A stretch of 64,000 bases of DNA from an uncultured Bacteroidales bacterium (GTDB taxonomy: Bacteria > Bacteroidota > Bacteroidia > Bacteroidales > VadinHA17). The stretch covers positions 87,892-151,891 of the forward strand of contig OW818650.1 of the NCBI GenBank assembly GCA_942492865.1. Direction: 5' to 3'. The position numbers and the translations under genes were made by a program. Under the pieces are notes generated by a model. That model worked only from the letters and a program-made list of their open reading frames with translations. It made no database searches and was not told the origin of the DNA. Within the stretch, counting starts at the first letter, position 1. Every line of letters starts with the position of its first letter. This document shows positions 1-9,076 of the stretch, one piece after another.

Positions 1-1
1 C

Positions 2-457
2 TACAAATCAGGTGAAGAAATAATCTCTCCTGTTGACAGGGATGATGATTCAGGAAAAAGAGGATCGCGCAGGGAATATACTGGCAACTTTAAAAGACTG
101 TTCATAAACCTGGGTAAGACCGACGGTTTCTACCCTGAACAACTAATCGAACTTGTGAACAGGAATACTCCGGGAAAGAAAGTCCAGTTAGGAAAGATTG
201 ACCTGTTGAAGACATTTTCATTTTTTGAGGTAGATGCCTCTCAGTCCGACATGCTTATCAATGCCCTTAATAACTCTAAATTCAACGACCGTAGGGTTGC
301 GGTGGAAATAGCACAGGAAAAAACAGAAGGCCCCAGGGAAGAACGCGATGGTAAAAAGCGTGCTAAATGGTCCGACAAAAAACCCGGAAAAAGAACTGAC
401 AGCGGTAAAAAATCATCCGGAAAAGACAAGAAGAAACGGAACAATTACAGCTGGTAG
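2..457 (+). CDS. DEAD-box RNA helicase, C-terminal fragment (DbpA-type RNA-binding domain plus Lys/Arg-rich tail); 5' end outside the window
   Basis: Frame 2 is open from the window edge to TAG at 455-457. 'FINLGKTDGFYPEQLIELV...IDLLKTFSFFEVD...NDRRVAVEIAQ' resembles the DbpA/DeaD C-terminal RNA-binding fold and is followed by a K/R/G/S-rich tail. Confidence 0.65.
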   Translation, partial: YKSGEEIISPVDRDDDSGKRGSRREYTGNFKRLFINLGKTDGFYPEQLIELVNRNTPGKKVQLGKIDLLKTFSFFEVDASQSDMLINALNNSKFNDRRVAVEIAQEKTEGPREERDGKKRAKWSDKKPGKRTDSGKKSSGKDKKKRNNYSW

Positions 458-475
458 GAACACTGACAAAGAAAC

Positions 476-520
476 AGGCTGATCAAAAGCTTATACTCAT
501 GGTCAGCCTTTTACCTTTTT
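476..520 (+). terminator. Rho-independent terminator candidate after the helicase gene
   Basis: 9-bp stem AGGCTGATC (476-484) / GGTCAGCCT (501-509) with one G-U pair, followed by the T-rich run TTTACCTTTTT. Overlaps the 3' end of the convergent minus-strand gene. Confidence 0.5.
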
Positions 521-2340
521 AAATAGTCATCATACAGCACCTGCAGGAATGCTTTTCCATAAGCGCCTGCAGCTGTTGAACCTATGCCTTCCTCAACAAC
601 AGGGGCGCCCAGCTTATGATCATAAATATAAGCTGAGGTATCTGTAATAAATCCGAATCCTTCGTTGAAGGTATAAAAGGAGAAAGAATTGGATCGGTCA
701 GACAGAAGATCCTTTCCAAAAGGAAATTCAGATTTTTTCCCCAGCTGGTTTAACAGCGTTACGGGAATATCGTTCTGGCAACCGAATTTGTCAATCTTCA
801 TCCCTTTCTCTTCTACGGCGCCACCAATCCAAAGCATAGGGATCCTGAAAAGACTTTCTGAGTGAGCAGGTTCATCGGATCTCCTGCAGTGATCTGCTAC
901 AAGTATTACCAGTGTATTTTCCCACCATCCGCATTTCCGCGATGCTTCAATGAAATCGCCCAGTGATTTATCGGCATAATAAACTGAATTTCTGAACCTG
1001 GTCGATTCATCATCTCCCGTAAAGTATGGTTCTGTTGGTATTTCAAAAGGTTCATGACTCGAGAGGGTAAGTATGACCTTGACAAAAGGTTCTGCCTGGG
1101 TCATCATTGAATCTGCAAGAGCTTCGAGCAAAACATGATCGTGCACTCCCCATTTTGAGTTATAAAATGTCGGATCAAAATTTTTCTTGGTAACAATGCT
1201 CCTGAAACCTGAGTTTATAACGAATGAATTAAAATTGGCAAAATTTATATCCCCCCCATACCAGAAAGAACTCTGGTATCCCGATCCATTTAACGACCTG
1301 ACAATACCCGGCAATGTTTGCGTTTTTTCAGGCTTTTTCATTATAGAAGTCAGGGGTTGTGCCGGATAACCGCTAAGAATTGCTGGCATTGCCTTATCGG
1401 TCCTTGTGCCTGAAGCAAAGAAGTTTGTGAAGAGGATGCCTTCATCAACATACGAATTAAAACATGGTGTCGCCAGACTATCGCCCCCCAGTGGTCCTAT
1501 AAGTGTGCTCCCAAATCCTTCAAGTACTATCATCAGGACATTAGGATTATTGTTATTCAGTACTTTTAAGGTTTGTCCATTATTCCTCATCAGGCTGTCA
1601 AAACTTGCAACCGCCGATTCGGTATCTGAATAGCTGTAAGGATTTCGCGAGGGCTCACTTACAAATAAAGAGTGGCCCACATTCCAGAAAACATTGATCG
1701 CCGAATGATTAATGAAGGCGTTCTCATTAAAATACACCGACCCCGCATTGATCGGCGCTACGTCAGTTCCACCTCTTATCGGAAGAATGAGTGAGGCCCA
1801 GATAACCATTGAAATCAATGCAGCAACGACCGGATAACGAACCCTGTTTAAGCCATCCAGAAACCTGTCAAAATATTTATTGTATAAATAAATGAAAAGA
1901 GCTGAAAGGAAGGCGATTGCCAGAGGCACAATTATTAATTCAGATGTAGTTGCTGAGGCAGCGGCTTCACCGGGTGTTTTCAGATACATCAACGGAGTAT
2001 TATCCATTCTGAATCCCCAGTACTTGTACAGTGCCGCGTCACCGACAACGATAGCCGATGCAATAACTATGAAGAGGTAAGAGTAAAAACTGACAAAAAT
2101 CCTGAACCACTGACCAGAAATGAATAAAGCAGGGATGGAGAGCAGAACAGGTATCAGAAAAAGGTATCCGGTTGCCGATATGTCAAGCCTTATGCCATGG
2201 GTGAATGTAGCTGCAAGGGTAATGATTTTATAACCTGATGCCTCTGTATAATGCGTTAATATGAACAAAAGCCTGGCACAGTAAAAGAAAAATAACCAGA
2301 AAACAGCGTAAGCAGCGAAAGCTTTAAATCTTTTTACCAT
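511..2340 (-). CDS. LTA-synthase / sulfatase-family membrane phosphotransferase (alkaline-phosphatase superfamily)
   Basis: 609-aa ORF with about five N-terminal hydrophobic helices and then a sulfatase-like domain ('VLEGFGS', 'GTRTDKAMPAILSG', 'SSHEPF', 'VADH'). Confidence 0.6.
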   Translation of the reverse strand: MVKRFKAFAAYAVFWLFFFYCARLLFILTHYTEASGYKIITLAATFTHGIRLDISATGYLFLIPVLLSIPALFISGQWFRIFVSFYSYLFIVIASAIVVGDAALYKYWGFRMDNTPLMYLKTPGEAAASATTSELIIVPLAIAFLSALFIYLYNKYFDRFLDGLNRVRYPVVAALISMVIWASLILPIRGGTDVAPINAGSVYFNENAFINHSAINVFWNVGHSLFVSEPSRNPYSYSDTESAVASFDSLMRNNGQTLKVLNNNNPNVLMIVLEGFGSTLIGPLGGDSLATPCFNSYVDEGILFTNFFASGTRTDKAMPAILSGYPAQPLTSIMKKPEKTQTLPGIVRSLNGSGYQSSFWYGGDINFANFNSFVINSGFRSIVTKKNFDPTFYNSKWGVHDHVLLEALADSMMTQAEPFVKVILTLSSHEPFEIPTEPYFTGDDESTRFRNSVYYADKSLGDFIEASRKCGWWENTLVILVADHCRRSDEPAHSESLFRIPMLWIGGAVEEKGMKIDKFGCQNDIPVTLLNQLGKKSEFPFGKDLLSDRSNSFSFYTFNEGFGFITDTSAYIYDHKLGAPVVEEGIGSTAAGAYGKAFLQVLYDDYLKR

Positions 2341-2351
2341 CTCTCTGAGTA

Positions 2352-3260
2352 TTAAATGTGCTTAGCATTACCATTTGCCCTGTGAAACAATATTAAAGAA
2401 GATGTAATTATAATCATTCCGCTGACTGTCAGCCAGTCGGGATGTTCGCCCGGGACCAGGAGCCAGCTCAACACTGCTCCTGCTACCGGAATGATGAATT
2501 TCCAGAGGTTGAGGTCCGAAACTTTCACTCCGGGCCGCTGAAGGAGCTTAAACCAGATAGAGAAGGCTACAGCTGCCATAAAGCTCAGCCACAGTAGTAT
2601 CAGCCAGTATTGAGCAGGAAAAGAAGTATAATCAGAAAGGCCTTCTATAGGTATGGATACAGCATACAGCGCCAATCCCCCTCCAAACAGCGATGAGGAA
2701 CTAAGCACGAAGGGATTGATGCCCTTACTCTTTAAGGAGACAACTACATTGCTTGCCGCAACACCAATATTTGCTATCAGTATAAACAGGACTCCCAGTA
2801 GCTCCGTTGTTGTTGCGAGCTTAAGGGCCTGCCTTCCTGCGCTTATGAGGATTACACCGGTGATACCAAATATTATTGTGATTATTTTCCACCTTGTAAG
2901 CTTGTCATTCTTAGTCATTATGCTTGCTATTATTGCAGTAACAAGCGGTTGTGAACCAACAATTATGGCGCCTAAGGCACCGGGAACCATGTCGAGCCCG
3001 TAATAAAAAAAAGTATAATTGATTAATGTCTGAAGAACAAGGACCCAGGTTACTACTTTCCAGTGCTTTTTTACCATTTCAAAATAAACCGATGGCTTTA
3101 CTGTAAAGGGAATAATCATCAGACCGGCCAGAATAAATCTTAAACCGGCAAAATGCAAGGGAGAATCATATACGAGCCCCAGTTTGATCGCTGCGTAAGC
3201 TGTTGACCAGAGCAAGCAGGCAACGATGGCCCAGAGAATAGTATTCAGGTTCCTGTCCAA
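2352..3260 (-). CDS. EamA/DMT-family transporter
   Basis: 302-aa polytopic protein (about 10 TM) with two internally similar halves typical of EamA repeats. Confidence 0.7.
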   Translation of the reverse strand: MDRNLNTILWAIVACLLWSTAYAAIKLGLVYDSPLHFAGLRFILAGLMIIPFTVKPSVYFEMVKKHWKVVTWVLVLQTLINYTFFYYGLDMVPGALGAIIVGSQPLVTAIIASIMTKNDKLTRWKIITIIFGITGVILISAGRQALKLATTTELLGVLFILIANIGVAASNVVVSLKSKGINPFVLSSSSLFGGGLALYAVSIPIEGLSDYTSFPAQYWLILLWLSFMAAVAFSIWFKLLQRPGVKVSDLNLWKFIIPVAGAVLSWLLVPGEHPDWLTVSGMIIITSSLILFHRANGNAKHI

Positions 3261-3323
3261 TGAAACTTATTTTTGCGAGGCAAATATCTGAAATTTTTAT
3301 TTAAGATCATTCTAAGAATATTT

Positions 3324-3379
3324 CGGATTGCGGATTTCGGATTGCGGATTTGGGATTGCGGATGGCGGATTGCGGAATA
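3324..3379. repeat. Eight tandem copies of a degenerate heptamer CGGATTN
   Basis: Read directly: cggattg cggattt cggattg cggattt gggattg cggatgg cggattg cggaata. Lies in the divergent intergenic region between the EamA gene and the TPP-enzyme gene. Confidence 0.9.
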
Positions 3380-3445
3380 AGGTTTGCTCTGTGATCTGTT
3401 TGCTATTTATTGAGTAGCTTTGTTTAAAGAAAAAATTCCTCAACA

Positions 3446-5044
3446 ATGACAGTTGCTGAATACATTGCCAACCAGCTTTCCGTGACAGGAATAAAATATG
3501 TTTTCGGCATCCCCGGGGGTCCTTCAATACCATATATGGAAGCCTTTAAGGCAGTTGGTATAGAGTTCATTCTTACTTCAAATGAATCGACGGCGGCAAT
3601 CATGGCCGATGTCACGGCAAGGCTGACAGGCATTCCGGGGATATGCCATGCCACCTTCGGTCCGGGCGCTACAAATATCTCAACAGGCGTAGGTGGTGCG
3701 TTGCTCGACAGATCACCGGTAATAGTTTTCACGAGTGAGATCAACGACCTGATGCTTTCGAGGACAACGCAGATGAACATTGATCATCAGAAACTTTTCG
3801 GTCCTGTTACGAAAGCAACATTCAGGGCCGGGCCGGGGAACATAAGACAAATTATTGACAGAGCGCTTAAATTATGTCTGGAGGAATATCCCGGGCCGGT
3901 TCATATCGGGTTACCTTCCGACATTGCCGGAATGCATGTTCCTGAAAATATTTTCACTGGGTACAGTAATGAAATAATGCATTTCCCCGGAAGCAACAAT
4001 ATTGAAAAAATACAATTAATGCTTGAAGGTTCGCGCAGCCCTTTAATGGCTATCGGATTAACAGCAGCCAGGCTGGGACTGAGCCCACAGATACTTGAAT
4101 TCCTTGAGGAGCATAAAATGCCGGTGGTGCTTACACCAATGGCAAAAGGCATCATCCCGGAAAATCATCCTTGCTATGCTGGTGTTCTGTTCCACTCACT
4201 AAGCGATTACCTTGAGGATATCTATGAAAGATGCGATCTTGTTATCGGTATAGGGTACGACCCTGTTGAATTTGATTATGAATCGTGGCTTCCTGATGTT
4301 CCGCTTTTACATTTTGACATTGTTGAAATGGACCTTCCTTCAACAGGGAGAACAGAACGGTTCACCGGTTCACCTGACGATTGGTTTGAAATGCTGGGAT
4401 ACCTGAACCGGGGATCGCTGCATTTCGACAGAATAAGATTAGAAGGGATCCGCAACGAGATGGCATCAGTCTTTGAAGGTTTCACAAATCATTTTGGTCC
4501 CGTTTCGGTATTGAAAATTCTGAAGAGTGAATTACCTGAAAACGCAATAATAACAGCAGATGTAGGATCGCACCTTCATCTTTTAGGGCAGTTCTGGGAA
4601 GCCGGGCACCCGGGAAATATGATCATGACAAACGGCTGGTCGGGAATGGGATTTGGATTGCCGGCAGCTCTTGCAGTCCAGCTGAATGAAAAGGGTAAAA
4701 CAGTAGTTTGCATTACCGGAGACGGAGGGTTCCTTATGATGGCAGGAGAGGTGGTAACGGCAGTAAGATATAATCTGCCGGTTATAATTGTAGTTCTTTC
4801 CGACGGAGAGCTCAACCTTATCAAGCTTAAACAATCATGGAAAGATCTGCCTCCTTATGGAACACAACTCTACCAGGGCGATCTTTTTGCAAGTGAAATG
4901 TTTTTCGGGGTAAGGGTACTCACCGCCGATTCGGCTGAAAGCATGAAGAAGTCAATAAATGAAGCATTATTCCTGAGCGAGCCTGTTATTATTAACGCAA
5001 TTATTGATCCGGATGACTATAAGTGGCTGATTGTTAAAAGGTAA
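3446..5044 (+). CDS. Thiamine-pyrophosphate-dependent enzyme, acetolactate-synthase-large-subunit-like (substrate unknown)
   Basis: 532 aa. N-terminal 'VFGIPGG' Pyr domain and C-terminal TPP motif 'GDGGFLMMAGEV...VLSDGELN'. No small regulatory subunit gene adjacent. Confidence 0.75.
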   Translation: MTVAEYIANQLSVTGIKYVFGIPGGPSIPYMEAFKAVGIEFILTSNESTAAIMADVTARLTGIPGICHATFGPGATNISTGVGGALLDRSPVIVFTSEINDLMLSRTTQMNIDHQKLFGPVTKATFRAGPGNIRQIIDRALKLCLEEYPGPVHIGLPSDIAGMHVPENIFTGYSNEIMHFPGSNNIEKIQLMLEGSRSPLMAIGLTAARLGLSPQILEFLEEHKMPVVLTPMAKGIIPENHPCYAGVLFHSLSDYLEDIYERCDLVIGIGYDPVEFDYESWLPDVPLLHFDIVEMDLPSTGRTERFTGSPDDWFEMLGYLNRGSLHFDRIRLEGIRNEMASVFEGFTNHFGPVSVLKILKSELPENAIITADVGSHLHLLGQFWEAGHPGNMIMTNGWSGMGFGLPAALAVQLNEKGKTVVCITGDGGFLMMAGEVVTAVRYNLPVIIVVLSDGELNLIKLKQSWKDLPPYGTQLYQGDLFASEMFFGVRVLTADSAESMKKSINEALFLSEPVIINAIIDPDDYKWLIVKR

Positions 5045-5062
5045 TCCGTGGTGTTACCTGAT

Positions 5063-5095
5063 AAAAAAAAGCCGCCTTTTCATGGCAGCTTTGTA
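5063..5095. terminator. Bidirectional hairpin terminator between convergent genes
   Basis: GCCGCC (5071-5076) / GGCAGC (5084-5089) stem, flanked by an A8 run on the left (T8 on the minus strand) and a T-rich run on the right. Confidence 0.6.
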
Positions 5096-5112
5096 TTCTT
5101 GTAAATGTATGA

Positions 5113-5442
5113 TCAGCCCTTTTTGGCTTTTGCAGGCTTTGGTTCCCCTTCAGCAGCTTTCTCCTCAGGAGCGGATTTTTTATTTTTTGCCGGTTTTGAC
5201 TCGGCGGCTTTTGTTGCTGTTTTTACCGTTTTTTCCTCTTTGGCTTCCTTTACTTTTGTTTGCCGTGGTTCTTTTATCTCAGCCGCTACTTTCTGTTCTT
5301 TGGCAGGCTTTTCCTTCACCACTTTCTGATTAAGAATAACCGGCTTAATCTCCGGCTTATCGGATTTTTTACTTGGGCGTCTTACGCCATGAGTACCAAG
5401 AATTATTTTACCTCTTCTTGTCTTTTTATCACCTTTTCCCAT
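5113..5442 (-). CDS. bTHX-like ribosomal protein N-terminus fused to an ~80-aa Lys/Ala/Glu/Pro-rich histone-H1-like tail
   Basis: The first ~27 aa 'MGKGDKKTRRGKIILGTHGVRRPSKK' closely resemble Thermus Thx '[26 protein letters not shown]' (recalled from memory). The remainder is low-complexity basic sequence. Confidence 0.55.
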   Translation of the reverse strand: MGKGDKKTRRGKIILGTHGVRRPSKKSDKPEIKPVILNQKVVKEKPAKEQKVAAEIKEPRQTKVKEAKEEKTVKTATKAAESKPAKNKKSAPEEKAAEGEPKPAKAKKG

Positions 5443-5575
5443 AACAATTGGTTTTGATTAGTTTGACAATCCCCATCGGGGGTATAAGCAAAGTTAACAT
5501 TCTTTGTATTGAATAAAAATATTATATTCCGAAAAATATTTCCTTGTTGATTAAAACCCTTAAAATCGCCAACTG

Positions 5576-6040
5576 ATGAGAAGAAAGGATAAAGAAATAA
5601 ATGGTATCGGTGAAATAGAATCAATTATCTCGCGGTCCGATGTTTGCAGAATAGCTCTGGCAAATGATAATGTCCCATATATAGTGACAATGAATTTCGG
5701 TTATTCGGGCGGAGAGGAAAAAAGGCTGTACTTCCATTGTGCAAATGAAGGAAGGAAGCTGGAGATGCTCAAAAAGAACAACTATGTCTGTTTTGAGATG
5801 GATACCGATCATGAGCTTAGCCGTGGAGACCAGGCTTGCGAATGCAGTATGGCGTATTCAAGCGTGGTTGGCTATGGTATCCTCAGGTTGGTAGGGGATG
5901 ATTCAGAAAAGAGAGAAGGATTCAACTGCATAATGTCTCATTATTCACCTGGTGGAGAATTCATATACAACGATGCCTCATTTAAAAGATCTCTGGTTTT
6001 GCGTCTTGACATAGAGCAGATATCAGGGAAAAAAGGTTAA
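5576..6040 (+). CDS. Pyridoxamine 5'-phosphate oxidase-family (split-barrel flavin-binding) protein
   Basis: 154 aa. 'MRRKDKEI...CRIALANDNVPYIVTMNF...LYFHCANEGRKLEMLKKNNYVCFE' is typical of the Pyridox_ox_2/NimA-like family. Confidence 0.65.
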   Translation: MRRKDKEINGIGEIESIISRSDVCRIALANDNVPYIVTMNFGYSGGEEKRLYFHCANEGRKLEMLKKNNYVCFEMDTDHELSRGDQACECSMAYSSVVGYGILRLVGDDSEKREGFNCIMSHYSPGGEFIYNDASFKRSLVLRLDIEQISGKKG

Positions 6041-6082
6041 TAAGCCGATTTTTCGTAACTTGCAGGAATTAAATTCCGATAA

Positions 6083-6853
6083 ATGCAGACACTGAATGAT
6101 CTAAGGCTCGCAGTATTGATCGATGCCGATAACATACCTTACGGGAATGTAAGCGGCATGCTTGAAGAAATAGCAAAATACGGAACTCCAACATTCAAAA
6201 GGATCTATGGCGACTGGACAAGGCCGACAATCTCTGGATGGAAATCTGTCCTGCTCGAGAATGCGATAACGCCCGTTCAGCAATACAGCTATACCAAAGG
6301 AAAAAACTCCACCGATTCAGCTATGATCATCGATGCAATGGATATTTTGTACTCCGGAAAGGTTGATGGTTTTTGTATAGTCTCAAGCGACAGCGATTTC
6401 ACAAGACTTGCCACAAGGCTAAGGGAAGCCGGCATGAAGGTAATCGGTATTGGTGAAAGGAAGACACCCTCCCCTTTTATTGTAGCCTGCGACAAATTCA
6501 TATATCTTGAGATACTGAACCCTCCGCATGTAACTACCGAGACTGCAAAAAAGAACGTCAGCAAAACTCCACGGACGAAACTGAAAAACGATGATAATGA
6601 CAGTCAGGCACAATTGCGAAAGGCCAGGAGACTGATCTCCAATTCCATTTCTGATCTTGCTGATGAAACCGGATGGGCATTTCTTGGTGATGTAGGTAAC
6701 CTGATACTCAAAAAACAGCCCGACTTTGATCCAAGAAATTTTAAATTTGCCAAACTGACACCTATGATAAGATCCCTTGATTTTGAAATTGATGAGAGAG
6801 AATCAGGGCAAAACAACATTAAACACATCTACATCAGAAATAAAAAATTGTAA
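6083..6853 (+). CDS. NYN-domain (LabA-like) putative RNase with a C-terminal OST-HTH/LOTUS RNA-binding domain
   Basis: 'LAVLIDADNIPY...RIYGDW...CIVSSDSDFTRLATRLREAGMKVIGIG' gives the NYN acidic residues. The C-terminal 'GWAFLGDVGNLILKKQPDFDPRNFKFAKLTPMIRSL' is LOTUS-like. Confidence 0.7.
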   Translation: MQTLNDLRLAVLIDADNIPYGNVSGMLEEIAKYGTPTFKRIYGDWTRPTISGWKSVLLENAITPVQQYSYTKGKNSTDSAMIIDAMDILYSGKVDGFCIVSSDSDFTRLATRLREAGMKVIGIGERKTPSPFIVACDKFIYLEILNPPHVTTETAKKNVSKTPRTKLKNDDNDSQAQLRKARRLISNSISDLADETGWAFLGDVGNLILKKQPDFDPRNFKFAKLTPMIRSLDFEIDERESGQNNIKHIYIRNKKL

Positions 6854-7085
6854 TTTTTTCATCAGATTCAGCATTTTTTTCTCCAAAACTGAACAATTAA
6901 TATGTAAAGCTGTTTCTTTAAAAAAATTGTTTCTGTTTAACCTTTTTTGAAAAAATCACCCGGGAAAAGATGATATTAATAATAAAAAGCAACTAAAACA
7001 CAACTTATTATACACATTAATTTTTTTTTTGAGAAAAAATAACTGACCTTTGATATTGTATAACGCAATTTAATTTTTTTGAATT

Positions 7086-7406
7086 ATGAACATTTACGTA
7101 GGAAGTCTTCAGTTTAAAATGAATGAAGCAGAATTAAAAGAACTATTTGAAGAGTATGGCGAAGTAACATCCGCTAAGATCATTATTGACAAATACTCCG
7201 GAAAAAGCAAAGGATTTGGTTTCGTTGAGATGCCAAATGATGATGAAGCAAAGAAAGCTATTAAGGAACTCAATGGTGCAGAAGTTCAGGGTAGAAATAT
7301 TATCGTGAATGAGTCTATTGAGAGGACTGACAAAAGAAGTAATTTCAGAGGTGGGGATGATCGTCGCGGTGGTAGCGGTGGCAACAGGAGAGAAAATTAC
7401 AGGTAG
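7086..7406 (+). CDS. RRM-type RNA-binding protein with an RGG-rich tail
   Basis: RNP2 'IYVGSL' and RNP1 'KGFGFVEM', with the C-terminal tail 'RGGDDRRGGSGGNRR'. Confidence 0.85.
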   Translation: MNIYVGSLQFKMNEAELKELFEEYGEVTSAKIIIDKYSGKSKGFGFVEMPNDDEAKKAIKELNGAEVQGRNIIVNESIERTDKRSNFRGGDDRRGGSGGNRRENYR

Positions 7407-7424
7407 GAAAAAAATTTAAAACTT

Positions 7425-7622
7425 ATGAAAGGGACTGTTAAATGGTATGACAGAGTGAAGGGATTTGGATTTCTACAGACCGAAGATAACAAGGATATTT
7501 TTATCCATCGTTCCGGACTGGAGGTTTCACATACTGAACTCGAAGCAGGCCAGGCTGTTGAATTTGAGATTGAACAGAGAGAAAAGGGACCCGTTGCCGT
7601 TAAAGTGAAAAGAGTAGATTGA
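7425..7622 (+). CDS. Cold-shock domain protein (CspA family)
   Basis: 65 aa. 'GTVKWYDRVKGFGFL...DIFIHRSGL' carries the RNP1/RNP2 motifs of the cold-shock domain. Confidence 0.9.
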   Translation: MKGTVKWYDRVKGFGFLQTEDNKDIFIHRSGLEVSHTELEAGQAVEFEIEQREKGPVAVKVKRVD

Positions 7623-7640
7623 TCGAACTCAAATTGATAA

Positions 7641-7678
7641 AAAAAGGCTGCCTTAAAATGATCAGGCAGCCTTTTTTA
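7641..7678 (+). terminator. Rho-independent terminator after the RRM-csp pair
   Basis: Perfect 10-bp stem AAGGCTGCCT / AGGCAGCCTT followed by TTTTT. Confidence 0.8.
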
Positions 7679-7696
7679 TTATTCACGGATGAGCTT

Positions 7697-7736
7697 AAAA
7701 AAAGCTGTCTCTTTTTATGAGAACAGCCTCTTTTTT
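7697..7736 (-). terminator. Hairpin terminator for the minus-strand Gfo/Idh/MocA gene (bidirectional shape)
   Basis: GCTGTCTC / GAGAACAGC stem (one bulge), flanked by an A7 run and a T6 run. Confidence 0.6.
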
Positions 7737-7753
7737 GATTTGTTAAGCTCTTA

Positions 7754-9076
7754 TTAAACCAGCTTATACCCTTTCCGATATTCGTAATGCATTAGTTTTG
7801 TTGCTGCACCATCGGTATCATCAACAAATTCTTCTTTCGAAGGATCCCATTTAACAGTACGTTTTAATTCAACCGCAATATTTCCAAGTGTGCAAACGGT
7901 GCAACTGCTGTGACCTATTTCTACCGGAACAACAGGATCCTGCCTTGATCGTACTGATTCTATGAAGTTCACCTGGTGAGGAATACGGGTTTCATAGGGC
8001 ATGTTGTCAGCTTTCTCGGTCTGTGGAGCAAAAAACTTCGGATCTGACGCGTTGAAATATCCACGTGCAACTTCAATCCAGCCATTTTCACCTATAAACT
8101 TCACCCCTTTTGTGAGCTTTTCATCGAAAGGTTCTGAAGTCATGATAACACCATTCGCATATTTATAGCTGATAAATTCGCTGCCATCGCCAATTGGTGA
8201 AATTTCTACCGGCCCGTTCTTATCCATTCCAAGTCCCCATTGGGCAATATCAAACATGTGGGCGCCCCAGTCGGTGGTAAAACCACCTCCCATCTCCCTG
8301 TACCATCTCCAGCCACCCCAAATCTTCTCGTCCTGCACAGGATCAAGTGAAATCGGAGGATTCAACTCATTGTTAAAATGTATCGGTACATTAAGCGATC
8401 CGAGCCACATATCCCAGTTGAGACCTGCAGGTACAGGTTCCTCCGGAAGATTGTAAGGTATAGGAGGAGCTCCTACGTGAGCATTGACAAGGGTTATTTT
8501 CCCAAGAGCGCCATCCTGAACGAGTTTGACCGCATGCTGGAAGTTGGCATCAGAACGCTGCTGGCTCCCCACACCGAGGATCCTCTGATTCTCGCGAACA
8601 ACTTTCCTGAGCTCCTGCCCTTCCCTGATAGTGAATGTCATAGGCTTTTCAAGATAAACATCCTTGCCTGCCTTGCATGCTGCAATAGCTATTCGTGCAT
8701 GAGAATGATCAGGAACAGCAATCACAACTGCATCGATGTCTTTCCTGCTGAGAATTTCTTCATAATTCTCGTATGTCTTAACTTCAAATTTTCTTTCTTT
8801 TTTGGTATAGAAATCAGATACTCTCTTCTCAAAACGTTCCCGCTTGATGCCATAAACATCGCAACCGGCAACAACATTGGTACCTTCAATCTGCAGGAAT
8901 CCGTTAAGGAGGAACATAGACTGACGGCCCAATCCTATGAATCCAAGTGTTACTGCACCATCATCTTTCCTTTTACATGATCCCATAATACCGGGAAGAA
9001 CAACCATTCCGGCCATTCCAACAGCGGCGGTACCTAAAAACCGGCGCCTTGACATTTCTCTTTTCTGATCTTTCAT
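7754..9076 (-). CDS. Gfo/Idh/MocA-family NAD(P)-dependent oxidoreductase with a Tat signal peptide
   Basis: Twin-arginine N-terminus 'MSRRRFLGTAAVGMAGMVV', Rossmann motif 'LGFIGLGRQS', and 'EKP' in 'DVYLEKPM', which is typical of the family. Confidence 0.8.
   Translation of the reverse strand: MKDQKREMSRRRFLGTAAVGMAGMVVLPGIMGSCKRKDDGAVTLGFIGLGRQSMFLLNGFLQIEGTNVVAGCDVYGIKRERFEKRVSDFYTKKERKFEVKTYENYEEILSRKDIDAVVIAVPDHSHARIAIAACKAGKDVYLEKPMTFTIREGQELRKVVRENQRILGVGSQQRSDANFQHAVKLVQDGALGKITLVNAHVGAPPIPYNLPEEPVPAGLNWDMWLGSLNVPIHFNNELNPPISLDPVQDEKIWGGWRWYREMGGGFTTDWGAHMFDIAQWGLGMDKNGPVEISPIGDGSEFISYKYANGVIMTSEPFDEKLTKGVKFIGENGWIEVARGYFNASDPKFFAPQTEKADNMPYETRIPHQVNFIESVRSRQDPVVPVEIGHSSCTVCTLGNIAVELKRTVKWDPSKEEFVDDTDGAATKLMHYEYRKGYKLV

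Noticed and set aside
3312-3533. A 73-aa minus-strand ORF ending in 'PPSAIPNPQSEIRNPKYS'
   Set aside because: It is produced by translating the CGGATTN heptamer array and the antisense of the TPP-enzyme gene start. It has no independent coding evidence.
5031-5333. Plus-strand ORFs (100 aa and 74 aa) overlapping the bTHX-like gene
   Set aside because: They are antisense translations of a low-complexity Lys/Ala/Glu-coding tract and give Phe/Leu/Ser-rich nonsense. The minus-strand product has a recognisable N-terminus and its own terminator.
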